DNA of 64,000 nt, from IMG/VR virus record IMGVR_UViG_3300044837_000112, positions 14,972-78,971 of that record, one strand, 5' to 3'. The position numbers and the translations under genes are program-made. Shown here one piece after another: positions 19,495-30,390 of the stretch; positions within the stretch are counted from its first letter, which is position 1; every line of letters begins with the position of its first letter. This DNA is from a virus. The notes below the pieces were generated by a model. That model searched no databases, had not been told where the DNA came from, and was given only the letters and a program-made list of their open reading frames with translations.

Positions 19495-22400
19495 CTAGCT
19501 GGTGCGAGTAGTAAGGGTGATGCTTGTATTGTATACCTGAGTATATGCCATTGTCAAGTCGGAGAGATCCGCCGGTCCAACACCAGAAATACGTGTTACT
19601 GCCGGCGGCGCGAACTTGACGTATAGGACATCTCCGAATGGAGTCTTCATGTAGCAACCCACTCGATTCTTCGCCAGGTAGATGAAGAACTGCTTGTCAC
19701 CAGGCGCCGAGACGGTATCACGCAACTGAATATTCAGACTGCCGACGATTCCAGTCGCCGAGCCTAACTGCATCTGATTACCACGATCGACCACCAGCAG
19801 CGTGGCCTGCTCAATACCGTCGGTGTACCCATCAGCCGTTACGTTCTTCGCCTCGAATGAAGCAATCGAGCCGATGGCAACGTCAGGCACGAAGACATAT
19901 CGATCTCCAGGCATCACTACCGTCGTGAAGCTACCGATAGCAGAGTCAATAAGCGAACCGAACCGCTCTACTGTCTGCGTGACCACATAGTCGATATTCT
20001 TCCCCTGTGGAGCAAGGTAGTCATTGTAGGTAAAGTTGGTCGACGTACCGTCCTGCGTCTCGAACAGCAGAACCCAGGTACTACGGGTATTCTGCGTATC
20101 CATGTCAGCATTCGCTGCGACGTTGTAGCGTCGCCATACTCGCCAGCTGTTAAAGTCGGTATCCTGAGCCGAGTTGGTCCAGGTAATCTGTGCGTACAAC
20201 TCAGTTGGCAAGATCGAGTAAGCAGCTATAGCTCCAGGCGTCCAAGCCGCGACGTCCAGCGCCTTGGCGTTACCGAGGAGCCCAGTCGTATCCTGGATCT
20301 CGACTCGGAAGACATACCACAGATTCTGAGTCATCACGTTCGCGCTGAACTGATACTGCTGCAGGGCGCTGGTGATCCAACCGCTGGTAACCCGCGTTGC
20401 CGGGTCGGCATCGGTAACAGACAGATTCGTCATCCGGATTACAGTAGTCGTATTCGTCACGCCAGTATTTTGGAGCGCAAATAGGCCCATCTGTCCAGCA
20501 GCAACCATCACAAGTGACTGCACGCCCGTATCAAGATTCCAGTTGGCGGGCTCGTTCGCGGTCAGCGCCCATGTTTTGCACTGGATTCGTTGGCCAGTTA
20601 CCCTGAATCGGAAGTTGATGTCCGTTCCAGCTGTGTAAGTATTAGGTGCCCCAGAACTACCACCATCATTCAGCGCGTAGACGAAGGCGCCACCGCTAAG
20701 GACCTGGATATTCATGGCGAAGGTGCCATCGGCATTGAAGTTCGGTCCGATAAGTATATAGTTGTTGATGTCGACGTAGCGCATCATGAGCTTGCCAGCG
20801 ATCGGTGCGCCAACTGCCGTAACATTGATACCGAGACGGCAACTGATATCCGAGTCAGCGACTACATCACCATCCAAGATGGCACGGAAGGAGCCAACCA
20901 CGTCACCGATGAGCAGATTGCCCCAGGTTCCATCAGTACTGAACTTGCTAGCAGCTCCAGCGAGGATATTGTAAGAGCCACCGCTAGAGGACGTACCCCA
21001 ACCGTTTGCTGTCACGCGAGCGTAGATGTCCGCGAACCGCGCCGGGTCGATGCTCACCTTGTAAGCATTCTGCGCACGGCCGGTCACTGACGAATAGTTC
21101 CAGGTAACGGTGGGCGCCGCCGACGTCACCGTTCCGGCATCCACCGGCGACGTTAGCGTCGCAGTAGGCGGATCGGATAGGGTGAATGACACCGGATTAC
21201 AGTAGGGCCCTTGAGTATTATCGGTATCCCAAACCGACACCTGCCAATATAGAGGGATATCCTTGTAGGTCGACGCAATCACGATCTGTGTCGAGGTAAC
21301 AGGCGATGTTATCTTAGTTGTGTCGTAGATGAGACTATTGGTGTCGTAGCGGTATACCTGGACCTGGTACGCGGTTTGCGTGTCAGTTGTCTCGGTGTCG
21401 CTAAACTTCCAAGTGAACGCAACGCCAGGAAGGTAGAAAGCTGCAACGGAGCCGGCAAGTGGAGACGTCGGAATCGCTGTCGGCTGATGTAGTACACTGA
21501 ATGTCGTCGTAAGAGACCAGGCACCAATCGATCCAAGGTCACTCAAGACACGGGAACGAATGTACCAAGTGCCAGTAAACAGTTTCTCAACGCCAATGCC
21601 AGATAGCTGGTGCTTGGTTGTCAGTAGCGGCGCAGCGGCAGCCGTGCTGCTGCCCATATACCTGTAGGCAGAGTCCAACTCAGTGATGACGTGTACGCTC
21701 GTCGTAAATCCAGCATCCGCCGCGATGTTCCACTCCAACTTGCCATTGGCAAGTGGATAGGCCACCGGCGCCTGAGATGTCACCTGCAGTAGTGGAGTAT
21801 CTTTCGCCTGCACTCCATTCGGTGACGCATTAGTTGGCGCATTGAATGAGACATCAGTGATGGCTCGAACGATTGGCGCCGTCGGCAGGTAGACGCTGCT
21901 GGCTTGGCCAATATATGTCATGAAGTTAAACTGGTGAAGACCGCCGGTGTTAATGTTGTTGCCAGTGCCCCAGATAGCAATCGGGTAGTATGCTGACTGA
22001 TAGACGAAGTTATTATCGAGAGTGCGGGACGATATGTCCTTGCGAGACACATGCGGATCGGTGTTTAGCTTGTAGGTAAACGTGACTGCATTCAGAACCG
22101 AGTTGTGCGCACCCGATACATAGCTTGGTACATTACTTGTGATAAAAGCGATCACTACCTGGTTATCTACAAACGCGCTACAGACGTAGTTATAAGGCGT
22201 CGAAGCAGTGTAGATCGCCGAGTTCGCAACGGCACTTCGAGGACCTATCGACTGGATGATGTCAATAGGCACATTGGTGTACGTGCCGGAAGTGAGTCGC
22301 GCGACCGAGAACTGTGGCTGCGACGCGCCAGCAACGAAAGCCGCCTGATACATGCCGCCAGCCATCCGATACAGCCAGATGCGACGGTATGGGGAGCCGA

Positions 22401-23205
22401 CCCCCTTGTTAAACTGACTCCAAATGCCGAGGGTAGTCGCGGCAGCTCCAGTGCTGATATTGAATGTCAGCTCACGGATATTGTCTCCGTAGTCGATGGT
22501 CGTCGTCATCCGCGTGTAACTCATGACCAACTGAACTACGTTGGCGACGACGCCAACACTGTTAAACGTGATCGATGTATCTTCCGAACCAGGCTTGATC
22601 GTCAGAGCGCCGCCCGACAGACCTGCCTGGTCCTCAGTAAAAGCGTTCACCCAGGTTACGTTATCGTTCTTGCGACAGAATAGACGTGTAAAGGCCGAAA
22701 GGCTCGCAGTCGTCTTCGCCTCGAAAGCAGTGATTGCAATGGTAGCGGTCGTACCAGAAGTACCGGCAGCAACGTCGATATCAACCGCACGCCAGCGCCG
22801 AACTACAGCGTTGCTAGCTGAGACGATCTGCTTTGTCCCAGCCGTCCACACACCAGCGCTGTAAGTATTCACTACGTAGTTGAGACTGTTATCCGTGCCA
22901 GCCCAGACGACGTGCATGTTGTTACCCGAGTCCAGAACCATCGACATTACTGCCTGGAACGTCGTCGACGCAAAGACAGTAGCAGGTGTCCAGGTCATAT
23001 TCAGTGTCCAGGTAGTCCGAGCCACGTTGGACTTGTAAACACGAACCTTCGCCACGCCAGTCGTATCAACGCTTGCCGCTGTTGCACTGTTCGTGTCAGG
23101 TACGATCATCACAGCGGAGCCGTCAGAAAGCGTGGCTGTCGCCTTCTTTATGACAGGCGACAAGGTCGAATTAAATCCGACCGTGCTCAGGTTAGCGCTT
23201 GTCAT
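19495..23205 (-). CDS. Large minor tail protein (Ig/FN3-like repeats)
   Basis: 1236 aa directly after tape measure; FTW...D.Q.AYQV, YWQV.VWD FN3-like repeats. Confidence 0.8.
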   Translation of the reverse strand: MTSANLSTVGFNSTLSPVIKKATATLSDGSAVMIVPDTNSATAASVDTTGVAKVRVYKSNVARTTWTLNMTWTPATVFASTTFQAVMSMVLDSGNNMHVVWAGTDNSLNYVVNTYSAGVWTAGTKQIVSASNAVVRRWRAVDIDVAAGTSGTTATIAITAFEAKTTASLSAFTRLFCRKNDNVTWVNAFTEDQAGLSGGALTIKPGSEDTSITFNSVGVVANVVQLVMSYTRMTTTIDYGDNIRELTFNISTGAAATTLGIWSQFNKGVGSPYRRIWLYRMAGGMYQAAFVAGASQPQFSVARLTSGTYTNVPIDIIQSIGPRSAVANSAIYTASTPYNYVCSAFVDNQVVIAFITSNVPSYVSGAHNSVLNAVTFTYKLNTDPHVSRKDISSRTLDNNFVYQSAYYPIAIWGTGNNINTGGLHQFNFMTYIGQASSVYLPTAPIVRAITDVSFNAPTNASPNGVQAKDTPLLQVTSQAPVAYPLANGKLEWNIAADAGFTTSVHVITELDSAYRYMGSSTAAAAPLLTTKHQLSGIGVEKLFTGTWYIRSRVLSDLGSIGAWSLTTTFSVLHQPTAIPTSPLAGSVAAFYLPGVAFTWKFSDTETTDTQTAYQVQVYRYDTNSLIYDTTKITSPVTSTQIVIASTYKDIPLYWQVSVWDTDNTQGPYCNPVSFTLSDPPTATLTSPVDAGTVTSAAPTVTWNYSSVTGRAQNAYKVSIDPARFADIYARVTANGWGTSSSGGSYNILAGAASKFSTDGTWGNLLIGDVVGSFRAILDGDVVADSDISCRLGINVTAVGAPIAGKLMMRYVDINNYILIGPNFNADGTFAMNIQVLSGGAFVYALNDGGSSGAPNTYTAGTDINFRFRVTGQRIQCKTWALTANEPANWNLDTGVQSLVMVAAGQMGLFALQNTGVTNTTTVIRMTNLSVTDADPATRVTSGWITSALQQYQFSANVMTQNLWYVFRVEIQDTTGLLGNAKALDVAAWTPGAIAAYSILPTELYAQITWTNSAQDTDFNSWRVWRRYNVAANADMDTQNTRSTWVLLFETQDGTSTNFTYNDYLAPQGKNIDYVVTQTVERFGSLIDSAIGSFTTVVMPGDRYVFVPDVAIGSIASFEAKNVTADGYTDGIEQATLLVVDRGNQMQLGSATGIVGSLNIQLRDTVSAPGDKQFFIYLAKNRVGCYMKTPFGDVLYVKFAPPAVTRISGVGPADLSDLTMAYTQVYNTSITLTTRTS

Positions 23206-23208
23206 GCC

Positions 23209-26200
23209 TCAACTCCCGACACTAACTTGCAGGTTGCGAATGAACGCCTCGGCGTCGCCACCGTTCTTGACATTCGGGAATGAAAGGTCTCCGTGGAAAT
23301 GGTAAACGTTATGCGTAATCGTCGACTGGAGACGAACGCCGGTCGGCGTCTTCGTCATCGACATCGAGCCGACGCCATTGAACATTCCACCAGCTTGGTA
23401 ATACTTGACACCCGTAGCACTGAATGGTGTCGTAATATCAATGCCGAGTTGCTTGCCAAGTTGGTCGAACAACAGGCGAGCGTTATCACGATAAATCGGG
23501 TCAGTCGGAATCACGAACTCCGGGAAACCGCGACGCCCCTCTCCTACTATCGCAGTCGCCTCGTTGACAATCCGACCACCCTGGGCAAACTTCGGCATCT
23601 GTGGAAAACTGAACGAGTCACCACCGATGCCGGGAATCCAACTTGGAATCTTGAAGTTTACCTTGCCAAGTGTCTTATTCCAGATATCAGCAATGCTGTT
23701 GAACACACTCTTGGCGGCATTCTTCATACCGTCCCACATCGTTGATGCCGCCGCCTTGATGCGACCAGGGATGCCCGTTACCGCACTGACTAGCTTGTCA
23801 ACCCAGCCCTTAACGGTATTGTATGCCGTCTTGAAGCCTCCGGCAATGTTTCCGATCACACCGGCGATGATGCCGATAGCCGCTTTGAACTTGTCGCGGG
23901 CCGACTGAACCAGTGTGATAAACTGGTTCCAGTGACCCTTTACGGCAGCAACTGTCGCCTTGAAGATGTCAACGATACCAGAGATAATCAGGCCAATGGC
24001 CTCGAACAGTGGCTTGAGTACCTTATTCCAGATCGCCTTCAGGCCGGTGATAAACGCGTTCCAGATGGCGATCGCAACGTCTTTTAGCATGGTAAAGAAG
24101 CCGATGATGCCGTTCACCATGTCGGGGATGATACTGTGGCCGATAAGTTCGTCGTACAGCCAGACGAAGAAGTTCCAGATGCCCAGGACGATACCCTTGA
24201 ACAGGCCCCAAACAATCAGTCCGAAGTTCTTGAAGAACGAGACGATACCCCAGAAGAGGCCAAAGACTAGATCCTTGAGACCATGTAGTGCAAGTCCAAT
24301 ATCACCAGTTAACAGACCGACAATTATCTCGACAATGCCACGGATGACTCGAATTACCATCTTGATCATGTCGATGATGAATCCGAGAACAGGACTCAAT
24401 ACATCCTTAAGTACCTCGGCTAGGATACTAAAGGCACCGAGAAGGAGGCCGCCGATGATCTCTGCCAGTGGCTTAATTGCCTGCCACAGATCGCTCAGCA
24501 GAGTACCAATGGGGCCGATGAGGTCCTTGAACTGTTTTATCTGTGGAAGGATTGTCTTCCATGCATCCTTGAAAGCTGTACCAATTACCTGAATGATTCC
24601 AGAGATGGGTGGCCAAAGCAGCTTCCAGGCCCGGCTAGCAAAGAGGGCGATAGATCCGAAAAGGTCCTTGACCGTATCGATGTATCCACCGAAGTCGACA
24701 CCCTTGAACGGATTGCCGATACCCTTGAACATCGACGAGAAGCCCTTGCCAACAGCTCCAAGCGATGGACCGACCTCTTTACCCAGCCAACTCATAGCAG
24801 AATTCCAGCCACGCTTGACCGGACTCAAGAAGTCAAGACTGAAGCCGCCGAACATGCCTCCCATCTTCTTTGACAGATCTTGGGTGAACTGATCAATCAT
24901 AGCCGACTGATCTGGAATACCAGGCAACTCGCGACCTAGCTTGCCACCACCCGTGACACTCGGGAAGTTAGCGCCCGCTCCAGCAGCAAACTGATCGACG
25001 CCACCGGCTGACGTCTTCTTGGCTGCGTTAGATGCCAATTTCTGTGCGGCCGAGTCGAAATCGGAAATAGCCTGCGTAATGGCATCGATCTGCGTCTTGA
25101 TTTGATCGTACTGTGCTTGAATCTTGTCGAGAGAGGCGTTTTCTGAATCATAAGTTAGCTGAAGTGCATCACGAGAAACAGTCAATGAATCAACGAGCGC
25201 CTTCTGTGTTGTGTATGCCGCAGTGGCAGCTGCTAGTTGGTCATTGATCCCCTTCTTCTGGCCTTGTAGCGCGTTGAGTTGAGCATCGTAAGCACCGAGA
25301 ATATCTGAACCTGCGCCTGCCTCGCGAAGCGACTTCTGGATACCACTAAGCGTCTCAATGTCACCATTGATCATGGCAACCTTGTTCGAGAAGCCGTCCA
25401 TGGCATTCTTCATGCCATCGAGGATATCCTTCTGGAGAGTCAGTGAATCGTTTGCTGCATCAAGCTCCGTCTTGAGAGCATTGACTATCGCCTGCTGTGC
25501 CTGTAGGCGAGTATTTACAGCATCAAGCTCGGCGTTAAGGGGTTTTAGATCCTTTATGAGCGCGTCGAACGCCGGAACTGCATCCTTGGCGATGGACAGC
25601 AACTCTTTGCGGATCGCTGCGTAATCGGCTGCCTGTGCAGCTGCTTCTACCTCGCGTACCGCTGCGGCGAACGCTTTTAGGTCTCCGCCCGCCTTCTGGA
25701 AAGTAGAGCCGACGTCATGCAGTTCTTCGTACTGAGTCTTGATTGCAGCGACACCTGTTGTCACGTTGTCCACGTGCGAAGGCGAGTGCCGCTGCCAAGG
25801 GTTGATGTGCTGGAACCAGCCGTAAATCGCATGCGCTGCTGCCGCGATCGTGTCGACCACTGCGATCATCGCACTCTGAATACCCTTAGGAAGAGCATTG
25901 AATGCGCTGAGCACGAAGTTGACAACAGCGTTAGCTGCATCTGCTAGCGGCTTGAAAATGGTACTCAGATCGAAGTATTTCTGCAGCCACTGGACAAAGT
26001 TCTGCCAGCCTTGCTTGATGTCATTCCAGAAAACAACGAATACAGCAATTACGGCTGCGACGATCAATCCAGGCCAGCCGACAAGAAATGTACCGACCGC
26101 TATTAATGCATCAACGATACCTCCGGCTATAGACACAATCCCCAGCACAAGCCAGCGACCAAGACCGAAAAGCCAAAGGAATCCCTTCGCCACCTCGGCA

Positions 26201-27528
26201 ATCAGAATCTCGAGTGCGCCGAAGATACGAAGCACCGGACCAATGCCTGCCAGAATTAGCAGACCGAACAGGATGAATTTCTGTACAGCCGGGTTCAGAT
26301 TGGCAAACCAAGTAGCCAACCGTGCGACCGACTGGGCCAGATACAGAATCGTCGGGATCATCGGCTGAATGATGTCCGCCATCGCATTCTGTAGGGTTAC
26401 CCAGATCTCTTTCAGTCGCTGTGGATTCGAGTTGAGGACCTGGTTAAGTTCCTTCTGTGCCTGCGCATACACCTTCGTCTTGTCTGCCGTACTGGCCAGC
26501 GCCTTAGCGTAGTAGCCAGTGGACGAATTCAGCTCCACCATCAGCTGATTGAACCGTGTCACCTGGTAAATGCCGGCTATCTGCTTTCCGACGAAGCCCT
26601 TCTGTGCGTCGCTCAGCGTGCTATACGCCTTTGCAACGGTGAGGAGCCGCTGCTGGGCGTTCAATTGCTCAAATGACATGGCGTTCGTGTTGATGCCCAT
26701 GTCTTTAAGTGCCGAACTCACCGATGCAGTAGGCGACATTAGACGCGTCAAGATTGTCTTGAGGGCGTTACCTGCCTGGGATGCTGTTGCAGCAGTAGGG
26801 ACGAGTGCAGCTATATCAGCAGCAAGATAGCGAGCGCTAATTCCATACGTGGCTGCCGTAGAAGCCGATCGCTGGAAACCTTCGATCAAACCCTGCATAG
26901 AGACGCCGGTCTGATTCTCTACCATATTCAAGATGTCAATTGTTGTCGCGAGTTCTGTAATACTCTGGCCGTACTGTGCCTGGATTGAGATCAATGACTG
27001 AGTTGCCTCAGCGGCCGTCTGCTCGCCAAGGATCATCGTCTGCAGTGTCAACTGTACCGACTTGGCAAGCGCAATACCAGAAACTCCGGCTGCTGCCCAG
27101 TCGGCGGCGATGTTAAGCACGTCCGCCTGTGACACGCCAAACTCATCAGACAGCAGCACGAACGCCTTCCTCAAGGCGTTAATCTCGTTTGTCATTTGTG
27201 CAACTGTCTGGGTGCCGTCGCCGTACACCTTCTGGATCCGAACGAGGGCCGTCTCGTTAGCGAGTTCAAACTTCATCGCCGCCGCTGCAGCTGCCACAAT
27301 AGGCAAAGTGAAGTTGTACTCTAACTGGCGACCGAGCCACTGCGTGCGACTGCCGAAGCTGGTCATGCGATTCAGCGTATTACCGAGGGCGACACCGAAA
27401 CCATCGGTCTGCATGGTAGCGCCAGTCATCCGGCCACCGAGAGCAGTCAGTTGAGCACGAATCGCCGCGAGGGCCGCCTGCGCCTGTGCGGTAGTAATTC
27501 GGATCTGAATGTTCAAGATGGAGTTCAC
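23209..27528 (-). CDS. Tape measure protein
   Basis: Longest ORF; Ala-rich helical, A..AGNALKTI..RL..P motif, periodic W/F repeats, hydrophobic segment; GTG start with AAGGAG RBS. Confidence 0.95.
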   Translation of the reverse strand: MNSILNIQIRITTAQAQAALAAIRAQLTALGGRMTGATMQTDGFGVALGNTLNRMTSFGSRTQWLGRQLEYNFTLPIVAAAAAAMKFELANETALVRIQKVYGDGTQTVAQMTNEINALRKAFVLLSDEFGVSQADVLNIAADWAAAGVSGIALAKSVQLTLQTMILGEQTAAEATQSLISIQAQYGQSITELATTIDILNMVENQTGVSMQGLIEGFQRSASTAATYGISARYLAADIAALVPTAATASQAGNALKTILTRLMSPTASVSSALKDMGINTNAMSFEQLNAQQRLLTVAKAYSTLSDAQKGFVGKQIAGIYQVTRFNQLMVELNSSTGYYAKALASTADKTKVYAQAQKELNQVLNSNPQRLKEIWVTLQNAMADIIQPMIPTILYLAQSVARLATWFANLNPAVQKFILFGLLILAGIGPVLRIFGALEILIAEVAKGFLWLFGLGRWLVLGIVSIAGGIVDALIAVGTFLVGWPGLIVAAVIAVFVVFWNDIKQGWQNFVQWLQKYFDLSTIFKPLADAANAVVNFVLSAFNALPKGIQSAMIAVVDTIAAAAHAIYGWFQHINPWQRHSPSHVDNVTTGVAAIKTQYEELHDVGSTFQKAGGDLKAFAAAVREVEAAAQAADYAAIRKELLSIAKDAVPAFDALIKDLKPLNAELDAVNTRLQAQQAIVNALKTELDAANDSLTLQKDILDGMKNAMDGFSNKVAMINGDIETLSGIQKSLREAGAGSDILGAYDAQLNALQGQKKGINDQLAAATAAYTTQKALVDSLTVSRDALQLTYDSENASLDKIQAQYDQIKTQIDAITQAISDFDSAAQKLASNAAKKTSAGGVDQFAAGAGANFPSVTGGGKLGRELPGIPDQSAMIDQFTQDLSKKMGGMFGGFSLDFLSPVKRGWNSAMSWLGKEVGPSLGAVGKGFSSMFKGIGNPFKGVDFGGYIDTVKDLFGSIALFASRAWKLLWPPISGIIQVIGTAFKDAWKTILPQIKQFKDLIGPIGTLLSDLWQAIKPLAEIIGGLLLGAFSILAEVLKDVLSPVLGFIIDMIKMVIRVIRGIVEIIVGLLTGDIGLALHGLKDLVFGLFWGIVSFFKNFGLIVWGLFKGIVLGIWNFFVWLYDELIGHSIIPDMVNGIIGFFTMLKDVAIAIWNAFITGLKAIWNKVLKPLFEAIGLIISGIVDIFKATVAAVKGHWNQFITLVQSARDKFKAAIGIIAGVIGNIAGGFKTAYNTVKGWVDKLVSAVTGIPGRIKAAASTMWDGMKNAAKSVFNSIADIWNKTLGKVNFKIPSWIPGIGGDSFSFPQMPKFAQGGRIVNEATAIVGEGRRGFPEFVIPTDPIYRDNARLLFDQLGKQLGIDITTPFSATGVKYYQAGGMFNGVGSMSMTKTPTGVRLQSTITHNVYHFHGDLSFPNVKNGGDAEAFIRNLQVSVGS

Positions 27529-27589
27529 TGAAGCTCCTTGGTCTTTTCCCGACCTACACTGGACCTCATGTGTCCTACATGACAGAGAA

Positions 27590-27635
27590 TAACGGAACGC
27601 GGCCACCCCCGTCTATCAAAGTGGCCGCGTTCCGT
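27590..27635. terminator. Hairpin between tail chaperone and tape measure genes
   Basis: AACGGAACGCGGCCAC...GTGGCCGCGTTCCGTT 16-bp inverted repeat. Confidence 0.6.
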
Positions 27636-27636
27636 T

Positions 27637-27933
27637 TCACATTTTAACTCGCGATGGATGCCCAAGTAGTCCCTTGTTTGCACCACGCTTATTCTTTTCC
27701 GCTTGATCTTTTTGCGCTTCCAGCTTCTCGTTCTGCGCTATGCCAACCTGCTGGAGGATATAGAACATGTCTGACACGAACTGAGGGTCCTGGTCGTACA
27801 TGCCACCTGCCTCCGGCAGGTGTGCCCACTTCATCCCAGCGAGCAGGGCGAACATCCGAATCGCGCCACAGGGATTTGATATTTCCTCGTCATGCGCGAA
27901 GGCTTCGACCTGGGCTAGGAAGAGGGTTTTCCC
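27637..27933 (-). CDS. Tail assembly chaperone, -1 frameshift extension (gpGT-like)
   Basis: -1 frame is open from the G GGA AAA slippery site into ORF 27637..27855 (LP..GG..DQ motif). Confidence 0.8.
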   Translation of the reverse strand, partial: GKTLFLAQVEAFAHDEEISNPCGAIRMFALLAGMKWAHLPEAGGMYDQDPQFVSDMFYILQQVGIAQNEKLEAQKDQAEKNKRGANKGLLGHPSRVKM

Positions 27934-28511
27934 GCTTCGCGCTCCTCGGCCTTAATGAGTGCCTCCTGCAGCTTAGCGATTTCCTCGCGGATCATGTCCG
28001 GCGTCGCGTTCGCCGTCATGAAGGGGTTCGCCTCGACAATTGCAGCGTGCAGATCGCTGACGTGCTTCGGGTTGGCTTCCTTGAGCCACTTCTCCAGTTC
28101 GGCATGCTGGCTGCCCTTAGAGAAGGGAATCGGCACGATTTCGATGCTGCCATCTTCAGCGTACCGCTTTGTAACGAGGTGCCAGCCGGTGACGCTACCA
28201 AGGATCAACTCGTGTCGTTCCTTGGCCGTATCGACAGCGAGGGAGGCTTCGTCCGTCGACCGACTCATCTTCAGTGACTTTGACGTCGCTCGCTCGAACT
28301 TGGCTCGATCGCCTTCGTTCAGTTTCTTGAACTCGATCTTCTGCTTGCCATCCGGGAAGAACCACTCCCCGAACTCCTTGAAGCCGTAGTAATCACCATA
28401 GCCGGTACTGTCGTCGATCTCGGCGTTGATGGTCGACGCCTGGCCGCCATTGCCGCCCGAAAGCGGCATGTTTCCAAGCTGCATGACGTTCGCTTGATCG
28501 TGTACGGTCAT
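27915..28511 (-). CDS. Tail assembly chaperone (gpG-like)
   Basis: Between tail tube and tape measure; ends GCG GGA AAA CCC TCT TCC TAG. Confidence 0.85.
   Translation of the reverse strand: MTVHDQANVMQLGNMPLSGGNGGQASTINAEIDDSTGYGDYYGFKEFGEWFFPDGKQKIEFKKLNEGDRAKFERATSKSLKMSRSTDEASLAVDTAKERHELILGSVTGWHLVTKRYAEDGSIEIVPIPFSKGSQHAELEKWLKEANPKHVSDLHAAIVEANPFMTANATPDMIREEIAKLQEALIKAEEREAGKPSS
27927..27933 (-). other. Programmed -1 ribosomal frameshift site GGGAAAA
   Basis: X XXY YYZ heptamer in the correct frame near the end of the chaperone gene. Confidence 0.85.
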
Positions 28512-28549
28512 TCTAGGTCCTCCTGAACCTTTTGGACTTCACTGAACAA

Positions 28550-28584
28550 CGCCGGGCGCCAGTCTGTCTGCACTGGCGCCCGGC
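28550..28584 (-). terminator. Hairpin after major tail gene
   Basis: GCCGGGCGCCAGT...ACTGGCGCCCGGC followed on - strand by GTTGTT. Confidence 0.7.
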
Positions 28585-28611
28585 ACTCCTAGATATCTTG
28601 TCACGGGAAAA

Positions 28612-29958
28612 TTACGCCGGGTTACCACCAGTCGCGATGATGACGTAGACTCGCATGATCGGAGTCGTCGTGACTGGCCGAAGTGGCTGGAAGACGATAT
28701 CCGAGTCAATGATGTCGTCGCCGGACACCTTCAACGCGTACGGTTGCAAGGCCGCCAATGGGAAGACAAACTTGATCGTGTTGGAAAGCAGTGGAGACGA
28801 ACCCGCGATCGTGCTGTACGTCTGGCAAGTGATCACGATCGGTGACTTTGTCACCACGCCACCGGGCGACGTCGCTGCCGAGCTGCCGTAGACCGCCTGG
28901 CGCCACAGCGTCTTGTCCTGCTCGCGGATCGTCACGCCGACGGTGATGTTGCGCCGCTTGGCCGTGAGGTCACCGAGAACGAAGCTGCCGAGGCGGAAGT
29001 CGTCCGCCGCGAACTGATTGTCCAGGTCGAACTTGAACGACTTCGCCGCCAGGCTGACGCCACCGTAAGTGATGGTGATATTCGTGCCGGTAATCAAGTC
29101 ACCGTTGTCGTACAGCGCTGGGTTAGTGATCGGGCTGGCGACCGCATTCTGAATACGAGCGATCATGCCCGCAGTGCCCATGAAGTAGCCAGCTGAGGCC
29201 GCTTCGAAATGCAAGGTGTTCACGACGGCGTCGGTGTACTGCCAGACGTCGAAGACGGGACCGCCGGAGATCTGCTCTTCGATCGACAGGAAGTTGAGCT
29301 GCCCATCGATCGGAACGAACAGGTGCTGGAAGCCCGCCGCGTTGCTGACACCGGTCGTGGTATGCGTGACGGTGACGATGGGCGACGAGCCAACCAAGCC
29401 AGCGCTGGTTGCCGTGATGGCTGTCGTTGTACCGTTGAGCGCGCCGTCGAAGGTAACGACGACAGTGGCCGCACCCTGGAACAGCGGGCCGCCAGTACAG
29501 ATGACATCGTTATCGCCGATATTACTCAGCAACGCAAGGGCCGCCTGAATCTGGCCAGCTGTTGCGTTGTACGGAATAGCCGCTGTCGTCTGCGCACCGT
29601 ACGTAAGCGTGAAAGTACCACTTGCGGCCGTGCCGGTATAGCCGAGCGTCTGGACGTCCTGAGTACCGGCCGGGCCGACGTAGTGCAGCCCCATCGCCGC
29701 CTGCAGCAGCGTCATGATGGACTGAAGGCGACCGTAGAACTCGTAGTCACCGGCGTACGATACGGGACCAAGGAAGGCGTCCGTGACGTCACGGCCGCCA
29801 CCGATCTCCGGGTCCGGGATCATCAGCGTACGAGACGGCGCCAGCGCGCCGGTCTTCGTCTTCATCGCGACGCCTGCGGTCGTGATATCAGCTTGGAAGG
29901 TACCCGCCACCGCCTGCGTACGGAGAATGACGTGCCCTGGCTGGGATGAGAAACCCAT
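28612..29958 (-). CDS. Major tail tube protein with inserted surface domain
   Basis: Position, strong codon bias, tail-tube-like N- and C-terminal parts, ~100-aa insert. Confidence 0.85.
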   Translation of the reverse strand: MGFSSQPGHVILRTQAVAGTFQADITTAGVAMKTKTGALAPSRTLMIPDPEIGGGRDVTDAFLGPVSYAGDYEFYGRLQSIMTLLQAAMGLHYVGPAGTQDVQTLGYTGTAASGTFTLTYGAQTTAAIPYNATAGQIQAALALLSNIGDNDVICTGGPLFQGAATVVVTFDGALNGTTTAITATSAGLVGSSPIVTVTHTTTGVSNAAGFQHLFVPIDGQLNFLSIEEQISGGPVFDVWQYTDAVVNTLHFEAASAGYFMGTAGMIARIQNAVASPITNPALYDNGDLITGTNITITYGGVSLAAKSFKFDLDNQFAADDFRLGSFVLGDLTAKRRNITVGVTIREQDKTLWRQAVYGSSAATSPGGVVTKSPIVITCQTYSTIAGSSPLLSNTIKFVFPLAALQPYALKVSGDDIIDSDIVFQPLRPVTTTPIMRVYVIIATGGNPA

Positions 29959-29961
29959 GGG

Positions 29962-30381
29962 TTACTTCTCCTCTCCGGTAGCGGGGATGAAGATGGAAGC
30001 CATCGGCGACGGCATAGCCACCGGGGTGGCTTCGGTCGGTCCGGTAGGCCCTGTCGGCTCCGTAACGCCAGTCTTCTCGACGGGCAGGTCGACGGGCAGG
30101 TCGACGGGCAGGTCGACGGGCGCCGGATCGATTCCGGCAGCAGCCAGCAGCATCGCCGCCTTGGCCTCAGAAACCGTGCCACTGCTTACTGCGCGATCGA
30201 CCTCTTGCTTAAACTCCGTCTGCGCGAGCAGGTGATCCTCGTCCAACTTCTTGGCCTGGATCTCATCGTGCGACAGCTGAAGCGTATGCTCCGTGTGAGT
30301 CTTGAGAGTACGCGTCAGATCGCGAACGGCGTCGTTGCGACGAATCCGCTCCTCGATCGACAACTGCTCCGGTTCGGTCAT
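29962..30381 (-). CDS. Hypothetical protein with PVDL repeats
   Basis: ORF with 12-bp tandem repeat (TCGACGGGCAGG, ~3.7 copies, 30077-30121). Confidence 0.6.
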   Translation of the reverse strand: MTEPEQLSIEERIRRNDAVRDLTRTLKTHTEHTLQLSHDEIQAKKLDEDHLLAQTEFKQEVDRAVSSGTVSEAKAAMLLAAAGIDPAPVDLPVDLPVDLPVEKTGVTEPTGPTGPTEATPVAMPSPMASIFIPATGEEK

Positions 30382-30390
30382 CTGACGTCC

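Noticed and set aside
27927-27933. Frameshift as a novel finding
   Set aside because: This is the well-known tail assembly chaperone -1 frameshift; listed as a feature only.
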